From Candidatus Eiseniibacteriota bacterium (GTDB taxonomy: Bacteria; Eisenbacteria; RBG-16-71-46): a stretch of 64,000 nt of DNA. Below, piece by piece: positions 9,562 through 19,624 of this stretch. Below the pieces are notes generated by a model. It did no database searches and was not told the DNA's origin. It saw nothing but the letters and a program-made list of their open reading frames with translations. Numbering within the stretch: the stretch's first letter is position 1; the number at the start of each line of letters is the position of its first letter. The stretch lies in NCBI GenBank assembly GCA_016223045.1, contig JACRPT010000146.1, positions 1,760-65,759 on the forward strand, written 5' to 3'. Made by a program: the position numbers and the translations under genes.

Positions 9562-10404
9562 CGCCACGCGGCCGGCCATGATCACGGTCGCTCCTCGGTC
9601 CTCGCAGAACAGCTCGCCGCCGCGCGCCGAGACCTGGCGCGCGTGGAGCGTCTTCTTCCCGAGGCGCGCGGACCAGTAGGGGATCAGGTTGCAGTGCGCC
9701 GAGCCGGTGACGGGATCTTCGGGCACGCCGACCAGCGGTGCGAAGAAGCGCGAGACGAAGTCGCAATCGCACCCGGGCGCGGTGACGATGACGCCGTGGA
9801 GCCCGAGCGCGCGAATGCGGTCGAACGAGGGCGCGAGACCCCGCACCTCCTCTTCCGTCTCGTAGACCGCCATCACGTCGCGCGATTGGAGCACCGCGCG
9901 CGGCGCGCGCCCCAGCGCCTCGGCGAGCCCGGCGGGTGGCTCGCATGGCGCGGGCGGACGCGCGGGGAACTCCATCGCCAGCCGCTCGCCGTCGCGCCGC
10001 ACCGTGAGCGGCCCGCTCTGCGAGTGGAAGGTCACCTCCGCGCGCGCGGGCTCGAGCCGGTGGAGCACCACCCAGGCCGAGGCCAGCGTCGCGTGCCCGC
10101 AGAGATCGATCTCGGCCGCCGGCGTGAACCAGCGGATCTCGAAGTCGTCCGCGCGCCCCGGGGCGCCACCGGGCGCGGGCGCGCCGCCGGACGGCCCGCG
10201 AGCCGGCGCTGCGGCAGCCGCATTCCGCACCTGCGCCCCGCCGCCCGCGCGAACGAAGAATGCGGTCTCGGAGAGGTTGTTCTCGGCGGCGATGGCCTGC
10301 ATGAGGCGCGGCTCCAGCCAGCGCTCGAGCGGGCATACCGCGGCCGGGTTGCCGGCGAACACCGCACCCGTGAACGCGTCCACCTGCCACATCGGGATGC
10401 GCAT
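9526..10404 (-). CDS. PhzF-family isomerase-like protein
   Basis: N-terminal MRIPMWQVDAFT...GNPAAV and the internal CGHATLA and C-terminal GSAHC regions are typical of PhzF/YHI9. It contains a roughly 35-aa Ala/Gly/Pro-rich low-complexity insertion. The 10437 start was rejected in favour of the MRIPM Met. Confidence 0.75.
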   Translation of the reverse strand: MRIPMWQVDAFTGAVFAGNPAAVCPLERWLEPRLMQAIAAENNLSETAFFVRAGGGAQVRNAAAAAPARGPSGGAPAPGGAPGRADDFEIRWFTPAAEIDLCGHATLASAWVVLHRLEPARAEVTFHSQSGPLTVRRDGERLAMEFPARPPAPCEPPAGLAEALGRAPRAVLQSRDVMAVYETEEEVRGLAPSFDRIRALGLHGVIVTAPGCDCDFVSRFFAPLVGVPEDPVTGSAHCNLIPYWSARLGKKTLHARQVSARGGELFCEDRGATVIMAGRVAPYLQGTIEVPE

Positions 10405-10486
10405 CGTGCCTCCTCGCGCGCAGTCTGGCGCGGGCACTCGGGGGAATCCAGACGGCCGGGTCTCGGACGGAAGTGCGCGCGGCGCG

Positions 10487-10966
10487 TCAGCGCTCCGGTT
10501 CGCCCAGCTCCAGCTCCATGAACAGCGCGCCGGGGAGCGGGTTGTGATAGTAGGGCTCGATGGGCCGGAAGCCGAGCGCCCGGTAGAGCGCGATCGCCTC
10601 CGTCATCCCGCCCAGCGTGTCGAGCCGCATGTGCTGATGGCCGAGCCGGCGCGCTTCCTCGATGATCGCGAGCGCGAGCAGCCGGCCGAGGCCGCGGCCG
10701 CGGAACACCGGCCGCACGTAGAGGCGCTTCATCTCGCAGATGCCTTCCTCGCGCGGCCGCAATGCCACACAGCCGGCCACCTGGTCGTCCGCGCGCAGCA
10801 GCAGCAGGGCGCCGCGCGGCGGCGCGTACTCGCCGGGCAGGGTCGCGATCTCCTCGTGGAAACCCTGGAAGCGCAGGTCCACGCCGAGCGCGGCGGCGTA
10901 CTCCAGGAACAGCGTGCGGGCCTCGCGCAACTCCACGGCGGTCGTGGCGGGGCCGACAGCGACCAC
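10487..10966 (-). CDS. GNAT family N-acetyltransferase
   Basis: Acetyl-CoA binding motif RGRGLGRLL. 159 aa. Confidence 0.8.
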   Translation of the reverse strand: MVAVGPATTAVELREARTLFLEYAAALGVDLRFQGFHEEIATLPGEYAPPRGALLLLRADDQVAGCVALRPREEGICEMKRLYVRPVFRGRGLGRLLALAIIEEARRLGHQHMRLDTLGGMTEAIALYRALGFRPIEPYYHNPLPGALFMELELGEPER

Positions 10967-11056
10967 GCTCAGGCTCCTGGCGCGGGCGCGGCGAGGCCGT
11001 GGACGATCACACCCGGGCTCCCGGCACGAGCGCGGCGGGACCGGGCACGATCACGC

Positions 11057-11983
11057 TCAGGCTCCCGGCGCGGGCGCGGCGGGCACCGGGCGGCGCCATG
11101 ACACGACGGCGCCCGAGAGGCACACCAGTCCCGCCCCCAGCCACTGGCGCAGGTCGGGCGACCGGCCCCACACCAGGGACTCGAGCGCGTAGGTGAACAC
11201 CACGCCGGCGTAGGCGAGCGCGCTCAGCCGCGCGGCGCGGTCGAGCGCGTAGGCGCGGCTCATCGCGAGCTGGGCGAGCCCGCCGGCGGCCACGCTCACC
11301 GCGAGCGGGAGCAGCGCGCCCCGCGACGGCACGCGGAAGTGCGGCAGCGCGAGCAGCGACAGCGTCACGCCCGCCACCAGCGACATGTGGAACGCGATCG
11401 CCTCGCTGCTCTCGCGCGGTCCGAGCTTGCGGAGCCGGAGCATCGCCAGGGCGTAGAAGAACGCGCCCGCCACCGCGAGCGACGCGAGGTCGCCGGCCAG
11501 GCGGAACACCGGCTTCACCAGCACCGCCACCCCCACGAACCCCACCACCGCGCCGAGTGCGACGCGGCGCGACACGCGCTCGCGCAGCACCGGGAACGAG
11601 AGCAGCGCCACGAACAGCGGCCCCACGCCCGAGAGCGTCGCCACGTCGCCGACCGCGATGCGTTCCGAGCCCAGCACGTAGAACACGGCGGCCGCGTTCG
11701 CGGTGCCGAACAGCGAGCGCAGCCATGCGTTCTTCTGGTCCACCACGCGCAGCGAGGCCCCGCGCGAGCGCGCGATGGCGAACGCCACGACCGCGCCGCC
11801 CAGGAAGCGCACCGCGCCGATCTCGATGCCGGAGAGGTCCGCCGCGCCCAGCCGCGTGGCGACGCGCATCACCGCGAACAGGAACTCGGAGACCAGGATC
11901 CACGCGATGCCGTGGGCGAGGACGCCGCGCACCAGGTCGGCGCGCTCGGCGGCAGGGGCGGACGGGGCCTGGGCGGGCGGCAT
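11057..11983 (-). CDS. EamA/DMT-family transporter
   Basis: About ten hydrophobic helices and duplicated EamA-like halves. Start chosen at the Met preceding the first TM helix. Confidence 0.7.
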   Translation of the reverse strand: MPPAQAPSAPAAERADLVRGVLAHGIAWILVSEFLFAVMRVATRLGAADLSGIEIGAVRFLGGAVVAFAIARSRGASLRVVDQKNAWLRSLFGTANAAAVFYVLGSERIAVGDVATLSGVGPLFVALLSFPVLRERVSRRVALGAVVGFVGVAVLVKPVFRLAGDLASLAVAGAFFYALAMLRLRKLGPRESSEAIAFHMSLVAGVTLSLLALPHFRVPSRGALLPLAVSVAAGGLAQLAMSRAYALDRAARLSALAYAGVVFTYALESLVWGRSPDLRQWLGAGLVCLSGAVVSWRRPVPAAPAPGA

Positions 11984-12149
11984 GGACGATGGAGCTAACC
12001 ACAGGCGGAGGCGAGCCGCGAGGCGCCGGACGGAGCATTGCGAAACCGGCGCGGCGGGCAACACATCAGCCGGCTGCTGCAGGGCGGGGCGTGGGAGAAA
12101 CAGAGGTCGGGAGCGCGCGACCGCGCCGCGAGGCCGCGGCCCACGGGCT

Positions 12150-13364
12150 CTACCCCAGCCGGTCCCACACGCGCTTCGCGCACTCCTTCGCGCGGGCGGC
12201 GACCTCGCGCTCGTCCACGCTGACGAGCTGACCGTTGTCCATCACCACATCGCCCGCCACCATCGCGCCCGCGACCGGAGCGCGCAGCATGCCGGACCAC
12301 AGGTGGTCGAGGAAGGTGCGCTGCGAGAACTCGGTGGCCGGCCGGTAGTCCACCAGCAGCAGGTCGGCGGGCGCGCCCGGCGCGATCACGCCGAGCCCCT
12401 CGCCGAACTGGCGCTCGGCCCAGCGCGCGCCGTTGACGAACAGGCGCTGGTAGTGCGACTCGGCGCTGGCGCCCCAGCCGAGCGTGGCGTCGGGCAGCGG
12501 CGGGGCGTTGGCGCCGGCGTCGCTCCCCCACGCCACCTCGGCCTCGCGGATCAGGGCGGCGAGCGTGCCCGCGCCCACTGCCGAGAGCGCGTCGCCGCGC
12601 TCGCGCGCCTCGCCGAGCAGGCCGCGCGGCGCGGCCTCGGCGTGCGCCCACAGCGTGGGGAGCGCGGCCTCGCGCCACGGCGCGCGCGCGCGCCAGCGCT
12701 CGGCGGGCGTCAGGTCGAGCGCCAGGTCCACGTGCACGCCCAGCCGGTCGCCGGCCACCTCGAGCGCGTCGGCGTAGAGGGTCTCGACGCCGGCCAGCGA
12801 AGTGGCCTGCACGCCCACCATCCCGCGCACGCGCCCGTCGCGGCGGCGGTGCAGCTCGGCGGCGAAGCCCAGGCATTCCTCGAAGGCCGAGCGGCGCTCG
12901 ATCTCGGAGTCGGATTCGGCCGCGCCGTAGCAGGTGGCGACGCGCACGCCCACCTTCTCCGCCGCGTTCACCACCTCGGAGAGCGAGAGGTCGGTGCAGG
13001 CGCCGGAGCGGTGGAAGTCGCACACGGTGGTCACGCCGTGGCGCACGCCCTCGATGAGCGCCGCGGCCACCGACCACAGCACATCCTCGGGCGAGAGCGC
13101 GCGGTCGTAGCGCCGCCACTCGGCCTGGCGCTTGAGCCCGAGCCCGCGCGCCAGGTGGCGCGCCAGGTGGCTGTGCGTGTTGATGAAGCCCGGCATGAGG
13201 ACGCGGCCGCGCGCCGGCCACAGCGTCTCGTCCGGGTAGGCGTGCGCCAGCACCGGCACCGGCGCGATCGCCGCCACGTGAGCGCCCACCACGCGCACGC
13301 CCGAGTCCTCGATCACGTCCGGCTTCGCCCCGCCGGTCACCACCGTGCACGGACCGATGATCAT
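12150..13364 (-). CDS. amidohydrolase-family deaminase (MtaD/chlorohydrolase-like)
   Basis: Metal-binding HxH motif near the N-terminus (GFINTHSHLARH), and the overall amidohydrolase_1 pattern with an HxxE-like centre and a C-terminal Asp. Start set at MIIGPC. Confidence 0.75.
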   Translation of the reverse strand: MIIGPCTVVTGGAKPDVIEDSGVRVVGAHVAAIAPVPVLAHAYPDETLWPARGRVLMPGFINTHSHLARHLARGLGLKRQAEWRRYDRALSPEDVLWSVAAALIEGVRHGVTTVCDFHRSGACTDLSLSEVVNAAEKVGVRVATCYGAAESDSEIERRSAFEECLGFAAELHRRRDGRVRGMVGVQATSLAGVETLYADALEVAGDRLGVHVDLALDLTPAERWRARAPWREAALPTLWAHAEAAPRGLLGEARERGDALSAVGAGTLAALIREAEVAWGSDAGANAPPLPDATLGWGASAESHYQRLFVNGARWAERQFGEGLGVIAPGAPADLLLVDYRPATEFSQRTFLDHLWSGMLRAPVAGAMVAGDVVMDNGQLVSVDEREVAARAKECAKRVWDRLG

Positions 13365-13437
13365 CTCAGGCTCCCATCCCGCCCCGATCCCCGGGAAGGG
13401 CATCCCGCCCGGATCCCTCGGGCCCCACGCGCCGCGC

Positions 13438-14751
13438 TCACGCCATCCCCGCGCGGCGGACCAGCCCGCGCGCCTCGGCGCGCGCCTCCGCCACCGCGCG
13501 CTCCGGATCGAGCGTCGCCCACGCGCCGTCGCGATAGAGCACGCGCCCCGCCACCATGGTCAGCCGCACGTCCGAAGCGCGCGCGGCGTGCACCAGGGTC
13601 ACGTACGGGTCGTGGGTCTCGTTCGGCGCGACGTGCGGCCCGGTGTGGTCCACCACGGCCACGTCCGCCTGCTTCCCCGCTTCGAGGACGCCGACGTCGT
13701 CGAGTCCCAGCGCGCGCGCGCCCTCGCAGGTCGCGAGCGCCAGCACCTCGCGCGCGGTGAGCGGGTCGGCCGGCTCGAGCGCGCGCGCCAGGTTCGCGGC
13801 CATCCCCATCTCGTGGAAGGTGTCGAGCCGGTTGTCGCACGCCGCGCCGTCCGAGCCGAGACCGCGGCGGATGCCCGCCTGCTTCCAACGCCGCACGTTC
13901 GCGAAGCCCGAGCCGAGCTTGAGGTTCGATCCCGGACAGTGGACCAGCGCCGCGCCGGCGCGCGAGAGCAGTCCCAGCTCCTCGTCGTCGAGCCACACCC
14001 CGTGCGCGCCGACGAAGCGCCCGCTCAGGACGCCGTGCCGCGCGAAGTAGAGCGCCGAGGTGCTGGCGACCGCGCTCTCCACCTCGCGCGCCTCGGTCGG
14101 GCTCTCGGCGAGATGCGTGTGGACCATGAGCCCGCGCTCGGCCGCGGCGGCCGCGACCCCGTGCCACAGACCCTCGCTGCACGAGAGGATGAAGCGCGGC
14201 GCCAGCGAGACGCGCAGGCGTCCGCCCGCCGCGCCGTGCCAGCGCGCGGCCAGCGCCAGCGCCGAATCCAGCGCGTCGCGCGCGCTCTCGCGCAGGCCCG
14301 CCGGCACGCCCTGGCCCTGGTCCATGAGCGCCTTGCCGAAGGTCGCGCGGATGCCGGTCTCCTCGTAGACCGCGCCGAGGGAGTCGGCGTGGCGCACCGT
14401 GCCCATGTCGTTCACGCAGGTCACGCCGCCGGCGACCAGCTCGGCCAGGCCGAGGCGCGCCGCGGCCGCGATCGAGGCCTCGGTGTGCGCGGCCTCGAGC
14501 GGCCAGATGCTCTCGCGCAGCCAGCGCAGGAGGTCGCTCTGCTCGGCGAGCCCGCGGAACAGCGTCTGGCACAGATGGAGATGCCCGTGGACGAGCCCCG
14601 GGAGCACGAAGCAACCGGAGGCGTCGAGCGCCTGCTCGGCGCGGCCGCCCGGCAGCGCCGCGAGTGCGGCGGGCACGGCGTCCCCGAGCGCGGCGATCCG
14701 TCCGTCGCGCACCAGCAGGTCGCCGCGCACCACGGAGCCCGCGGCGTCCAT
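13438..14751 (-). CDS. amidohydrolase-family deaminase (MtaD / SAH-deaminase-like)
   Basis: GLVHGHLHLCQT (HxH), HTHLAES (HxxE) and the C-terminal GSDGAACDNRLD (catalytic Asp) are diagnostic of the cytosine/adenosine-deaminase-like amidohydrolase superfamily. Start at MDAAG. It is a tandem paralogue of the preceding gene. Confidence 0.8.
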   Translation of the reverse strand: MDAAGSVVRGDLLVRDGRIAALGDAVPAALAALPGGRAEQALDASGCFVLPGLVHGHLHLCQTLFRGLAEQSDLLRWLRESIWPLEAAHTEASIAAAARLGLAELVAGGVTCVNDMGTVRHADSLGAVYEETGIRATFGKALMDQGQGVPAGLRESARDALDSALALAARWHGAAGGRLRVSLAPRFILSCSEGLWHGVAAAAAERGLMVHTHLAESPTEAREVESAVASTSALYFARHGVLSGRFVGAHGVWLDDEELGLLSRAGAALVHCPGSNLKLGSGFANVRRWKQAGIRRGLGSDGAACDNRLDTFHEMGMAANLARALEPADPLTAREVLALATCEGARALGLDDVGVLEAGKQADVAVVDHTGPHVAPNETHDPYVTLVHAARASDVRLTMVAGRVLYRDGAWATLDPERAVAEARAEARGLVRRAGMA

Positions 14752-15202
14752 GCAGACCAGCGTGCCGGATTGAAAGAGGAAGCTGCTCAGGCAGGCGCCT
14801 CCATGCGGTCGAGCATGCGCTCCGGCATCCGTGCCGGAGGGTTTCGGCGAGAAGATCCGGCGTCCGGCGTCGCGCTGCTTGCCGGTGCCCCCGGGCGGCG
14901 CCCGCGATGGTGGCGGCGCCCGACCCGGGGGCCATTCGTTCTGGACCTTCTCGCTCCGGCCGGGACGTTGGCACTGCCGGGAGGTGGTGTCAAGAACTAG
15001 CGGGGGGCCACGGAGCATCAAGCGACACGGGCCCGCGCGCCCGCGGACCCGCGCGTCCTGCCACGGCTTGCGAGCCCGGCGACGAGGGCGAAGTCGCGCC
15101 CGTGATCACCGCCCTCGCGCGCGCGGCGGGTCTCGGCTCGATGCAGCGGGGACGCGCGGCGGCCCGATTGACCGCCCTCTGCCCCGCTCCTACCCTCGTC
15201 GC

Positions 15203-16678
15203 ATGTCCGGTCCCCGCAGCCTCCCGCCCGCACGATCCATCTCGGTGCGTGACCCGCTCACGGCGCTGCGGGCGCTGGCGCGCCTGCCGCATCCGTTCCT
15301 GCTCCACTCGGCGCTGGCGGGCGCGCGCGCGCGATGGTCGTTCTTCGGGGCGGACCCGTTCGAGGTCCATCGCGGCGGCGACTACGCGGCGGCGGTGGCG
15401 CGCTGGCGCGCGCTCGCGGCAGGCGCGGCGCACGGTACGGGCGGGGCGCACAGCAAGAGCGGAGCGCCGGCACCTCTCGCGGCCGGCGCAGGCCAGGGGG
15501 GTGCCGACCCCGCCCCGTTCACCGGCGGAGCGGTCGGCTACTGGGCGTACGACTTCGGCCGCCGCCTCGAGCGGCTGCCCGCGCGCGCGGCCGACGACCT
15601 CGGGCTCCCGGACTTCCTGCTCGGCTTCTACGACGTGGTCGGCGCGTTCGACCACGCCAGCGGGGAGTGCCGGCTCTACTCGAGCGGGCTGCCGCTCGAA
15701 GGGACGGAGGGCGCCGAACGCGCGCAACGCCGGCTCGAATCGTTCGCCGCGACGATCGAGAGCGCGCCGCCCGCGGCGGCCGCAGCGCCCGGCGGCGCAC
15801 CGCTCCACGCCCGCTCCACCTTTCGCGCCGACGACTACCTGCGCGCGGTCGAGCGGGTGAAGGACCACATCCGCCGCGGCGACATCTTCCAGGCCAACCT
15901 CTCGCAGCGCTGGACGCTGCCGCTCGCGGGAGACGCGCTGCGCCTCGCGCTCCCGCTCTTCGGGGCGCTGGCGCGGCTCTCCCCCGCGCCCTTCGCGGCG
16001 TTCGTCGGCGCGGAGGACCACGCCATCGTCTCGGCGAGCCCGGAGCGATTCCTCGAACTCTCCGGCGGACGGATCGAGACGCGGCCGATCAAGGGCACGC
16101 GCCCGCGCGCCGCGGACCTGGCCGAGGACGCGCGGCTCGCGTCCGAGCTGCTGGCGAGCGCCAAGGACCGCGCGGAGAACGTGATGATCGTGGACGTGCT
16201 CCGCAACGACCTGGGGCGGGTGTGCGAGACCGGATCGGTCGCGACCAGCGGGCTGTGCGAACTGGAGAGCTTCCCGCAGGTCCACCACCTGACCTCGACG
16301 GTGACCGGCGTGCTGCGCGGCGGGCTCGACGGCTTCGACCTGCTCGCGGCGTGTTTCCCCGGCGGCTCGATCACCGGCGCACCCAAGATCCGCGCGATGG
16401 AGATCCTCGATGCGCTGGAGCCGGTGCGGCGCCACATCTATACCGGCGCGGTGGGCTGGCTCGACTGGCGCGGCGAGGCGGACTGGAACATCGCCATCCG
16501 CACCGCGCTGGTGACGTCGCACGCGTTCCACTTCGCGGCCGGCGGCGGCATCACCGCGGACTCCGACCCCACGGCCGAGTACGAGGAGACGCTGCACAAG
16601 GCCGAGGGGATGCGCGCCGCGCTCGCCGCCGTGGCGGGGCCGGTGACGCTGGCGCCGGCGCTGGCGGGCGTGAGATGA
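15203..16678 (+). CDS. pabB: aminodeoxychorismate synthase component I-like (chorismate-binding enzyme)
   Basis: Chorismate-binding domain signatures (RPIKGTRPR, GGSITGAPKIRAMEIL). Adjacent and translationally coupled to a class-IV aminotransferase-like gene (ATGA overlap). Confidence 0.75.
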   Translation: MSGPRSLPPARSISVRDPLTALRALARLPHPFLLHSALAGARARWSFFGADPFEVHRGGDYAAAVARWRALAAGAAHGTGGAHSKSGAPAPLAAGAGQGGADPAPFTGGAVGYWAYDFGRRLERLPARAADDLGLPDFLLGFYDVVGAFDHASGECRLYSSGLPLEGTEGAERAQRRLESFAATIESAPPAAAAAPGGAPLHARSTFRADDYLRAVERVKDHIRRGDIFQANLSQRWTLPLAGDALRLALPLFGALARLSPAPFAAFVGAEDHAIVSASPERFLELSGGRIETRPIKGTRPRAADLAEDARLASELLASAKDRAENVMIVDVLRNDLGRVCETGSVATSGLCELESFPQVHHLTSTVTGVLRGGLDGFDLLAACFPGGSITGAPKIRAMEILDALEPVRRHIYTGAVGWLDWRGEADWNIAIRTALVTSHAFHFAAGGGITADSDPTAEYEETLHKAEGMRAALAAVAGPVTLAPALAGVR

Positions 16679-17568
16679 GCGCGGGCCGTCCTTCCGGCGG
16701 GCGCGACCCTGCGGCGGCCGCCCCACTCCCCCCTCGAACGCTGTGGGTGAACGGCCGGCTCTGCCGCGGCGAGGAGGCGACGCTCTCGCTGTTCGACCGC
16801 GGCGCGCGCGACGGCGAGGGGCTCTTCGAGACGCTGCGCGTCTACGGCGGCAGACCGTTCCTGTGGGAGCACCACATGGAGCGGCTGGTCCTGTCGGCCG
16901 CCGAGCTGGGTTTCCCGGTGCCGCCCGCGCCGTCGTTGCTGCGCGAGGCGGTCGCGCAGGTGCTCGAAACCGACGGGCTCTCGGACGCGGTGGTGCGCAT
17001 CACGGTGACGCGCGGCGTCCCGGGCGGGCGGCCGACGCGCACCGGCGCGTGGGTCGAGGCCGAGCCGCTCGCCTCACGGCTGTGGGCGGGGGCGGCCGCC
17101 GGGGCGGCGAGCGCCATCGTCTCGAAGCGCCCCTTCGAGCCGGGGCCGCTCGGACGCCACAAGACCACGAGCCGCCTCGCCTATCACCTGGCGCGCGAAG
17201 AGGCGCGTGTGGCGCGCGTGGACGAGGCGCTGCTGGTGACGCGCGACGGCCACGCGCTCGAAGGCGCGGTGAGCAACCTGTTCGTGGTGGTGGGCGGCGC
17301 GGTGCTGACCCCGCCGCTCGCGCGCGGCATCCTGCCCGGCATCGCCCGCGCGCTCGCGCTCGAGCTGTGCGCCGGGCTGGGCATCGCGGCGCGCGAGGCC
17401 GACCTCGCGCGCGCGGACCTGCTGTGCGCGGAGGAGGTGTTCCTCACCAACTCGGTGCAGGAGGTGGTGCCGCTGGCGACGCTCGACGGCCGCGCGCTGC
17501 CCGAGCGCTCATGCGGCGCGCGCCTCGGCGAGTCCTACCGCGCGGAGGCGGCGCGCGCGGCCGGCTGA
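16675..17568 (+). CDS. pabC: aminodeoxychorismate lyase / class-IV aminotransferase fold
   Basis: Class IV (D-amino acid/branched-chain) aminotransferase fold pattern. ATG overlaps the pabB stop. Confidence 0.65.
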   Translation: MSAGRPSGGRDPAAAAPLPPRTLWVNGRLCRGEEATLSLFDRGARDGEGLFETLRVYGGRPFLWEHHMERLVLSAAELGFPVPPAPSLLREAVAQVLETDGLSDAVVRITVTRGVPGGRPTRTGAWVEAEPLASRLWAGAAAGAASAIVSKRPFEPGPLGRHKTTSRLAYHLAREEARVARVDEALLVTRDGHALEGAVSNLFVVVGGAVLTPPLARGILPGIARALALELCAGLGIAAREADLARADLLCAEEVFLTNSVQEVVPLATLDGRALPERSCGARLGESYRAEAARAAG

Positions 17569-17658
17569 GCCTGCCCCCAACTCCCGGGCGAAGAGCCGGT
17601 GCGCGGCCCGACGAGGCTGCCGCGCGGAGGCGGCGCGCGCGGCCGGCTGAGCCTGCCC
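17538..17658. repeat. perfect 39-bp direct repeat (period 82 bp) spanning the pabC stop codon
   Basis: CCGCGCGGAGGCGGCGCGCGCGGCCGGCTGAGCCTGCCC occurs at 17538-17576 and again at 17620-17658. Confidence 0.7.
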
Positions 17659-18083
17659 GCGGACCCGCGGGGTGGGACGGGCGCGATGCCGGGCCCAGGG
17701 CCGGAACCGGGTGGATCGCGGGGGCCAGGCGGCCCCCCCGGTGCGCCTAAGCCAGCCGGGACTATCCATGACCCGCTGCTGCCAGGGCAATCCGGCCGCG
17801 GTCGGGCACCCACCGACGGCGGGGCACGCTGCGCCCCCGGGCGATGGCGGGTCCGAGCGGGTACCAGGACCTCCCGACCGGGATGCCGCCGCCGGCCCGA
17901 GACGCGCCGCGGGACTCGCGCATGCGGCCGAAGTCTGGACGCTCCCGCGCCGCAGCAGGCACGGTCGCCGCCGCCCGCGCGCGGCGGGCTCGCGTCGCCG
18001 GCCATGCCGGCGCACCCGCGGAATGCGGGGCGGGTGCCGCCGGCCGGCCGGCCCGCGTTCCCGCGCGGACGGTTCGGAACCCG

Positions 18084-18099
18084 TGGCACACGGGATGCA
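18084..18099 (+). promoter_or_regulatory. candidate sigma-54 (-24/-12) promoter TGGCAC-N5-aTGCA upstream of the alpha/beta-hydrolase gene
   Basis: TGGCACacgggaTGCAt has the GG/GC elements at canonical spacing, about 90 bp upstream of ATG 18191. Confidence 0.35.
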
Positions 18100-18190
18100 T
18101 CGTGAAGTGCGGCGGGGCGCCGCGCACGATGATCCCGTCGCGCCGCCCGGCGCCGCCCCACCGGCGAGGCCACTGCTCCGGAGACCACAC

Positions 18191-19624
18191 ATGACCGTCA
18201 AAGGCGGACGCCTCGAGTTCCTGGTGCCGCACCTGCTCCGCGGCCAGCTCCTGCGCCCGGGCTTCGTGCGCATGAGCCTCAAGCTGGGGGTCGCCCGCCA
18301 GATGCCGCACTGGGCCAAGCTCCAGTTCATCCAGGCCGGGGTCTCCGCCGAGGACCTGGACCTGGTCCTGAGCCGCGTCACCAGCCTCGAGTCGTGGGTG
18401 GACGAGTGGGAGAAGCTGGCCCAGCAGCACGAGGCCGGCGCCCGCGCGGAGTTGGGGCTGGGCGACGCGCCCGCGGCCGCGCGGCGCTTCGTCGCCGCCT
18501 CCGCCGCGTACAACTTCGCGCAGTACGTCATGTTCATCGACATCGCGCGCAAGCGCGCGCTCCACGACGGCTGCGTGCGCAGCTACGCGGCGGCCGCGCC
18601 GCTGCTCGACCCGCCCGCGCGGCCCTTTGTGGTGACGTTCCGGCGCCGTTCGGTGCGCGGCTGGCTGCGCGTGCCGCCGGGGCCGCGGCTCGCGCCGGTC
18701 GTCGTGCTGTTCAACGGCACGAACGGGGTCAAGGAGGAGATGCACTGGTGGAGCGACGCGCTGCTCGAACGCGGGCTCGCCACCATCACTTTCGACGGTC
18801 CCGGCCTGGGCGAGACCTTCCACCGCCTCTGGATGGTGGCCGAGCCGCGCCCGGTGGGCACCGCGATCCTGAACGCGATCGAGGCCCGGCCCGAGCTGGA
18901 CGCGGGCGCGGTGGCGTTCCTGGGCATGAGCCTGGGCGGCTACATCGCCATCCGCATGGCCGCCCGCGACGCGCGTATCAAGGCGGTGGCCGCGGTGAGC
19001 CCGCCCTACTCGGCTTCCATCTACTGGAACCTCACGCTGGCCGGGATGCGGCGCGAGCTGGCCGCGCTCTACGACATCCAGGAGCGCGAGATGACCGCGG
19101 TGATCGACCGGCTCACCCTGGCCGACGTGCTGGCCGACGTGCGCTGCCCGCTCATGATCTCGGGCGGCGGCCACGATCACATCACCCCGGGCAGCGAGGC
19201 GTGGCACATCTTCGAGGACGCGCGCTGCGAGCGTGAGCTGGTGTTCTACCCGCGCGGCGCGCACGACTGCTTCAATGTGCTCGCCGACCTCCGGCCGCGC
19301 ATGGTGGGCTGGCTCGCGAGGCAGCTCGAGCGGCACCGCGATCCGCACGCCTGGCGCCGGCCCGAGCGGCCGGAGGGCGAGGGTGCGTGGGGCGCGGCCG
19401 AGGCCGTGGATCCCGACTTCGCCGACGAGCTGTGCGGCGACATCCGCCGCCTGGTGTGGAACCGCGTGGTCAACCCCCCGGAGGCCGCGGGCTGGCGCTG
19501 GTGGAAGCGCCGCGACGCGGCGCGCATCGAGGTGGTGCACCGCGTGGCGGCCGGCACGGCGGAAGGCGAGCCCGACGTCCCGCTCACCACCAACGGCCAC
19601 TCGATCGGCGCGGCCACGGGCTGA
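18191..19624 (+). CDS. alpha/beta-hydrolase fold esterase/hydrolase
   Basis: GMSLGG nucleophile elbow (GxSxG), with downstream acid and His candidates. Start ATG at 18191. The long antisense ORF 17762..20356 was rejected. Confidence 0.75.
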   Translation: MTVKGGRLEFLVPHLLRGQLLRPGFVRMSLKLGVARQMPHWAKLQFIQAGVSAEDLDLVLSRVTSLESWVDEWEKLAQQHEAGARAELGLGDAPAAARRFVAASAAYNFAQYVMFIDIARKRALHDGCVRSYAAAAPLLDPPARPFVVTFRRRSVRGWLRVPPGPRLAPVVVLFNGTNGVKEEMHWWSDALLERGLATITFDGPGLGETFHRLWMVAEPRPVGTAILNAIEARPELDAGAVAFLGMSLGGYIAIRMAARDARIKAVAAVSPPYSASIYWNLTLAGMRRELAALYDIQEREMTAVIDRLTLADVLADVRCPLMISGGGHDHITPGSEAWHIFEDARCERELVFYPRGAHDCFNVLADLRPRMVGWLARQLERHRDPHAWRRPERPEGEGAWGAAEAVDPDFADELCGDIRRLVWNRVVNPPEAAGWRWWKRRDAARIEVVHRVAAGTAEGEPDVPLTTNGHSIGAATG

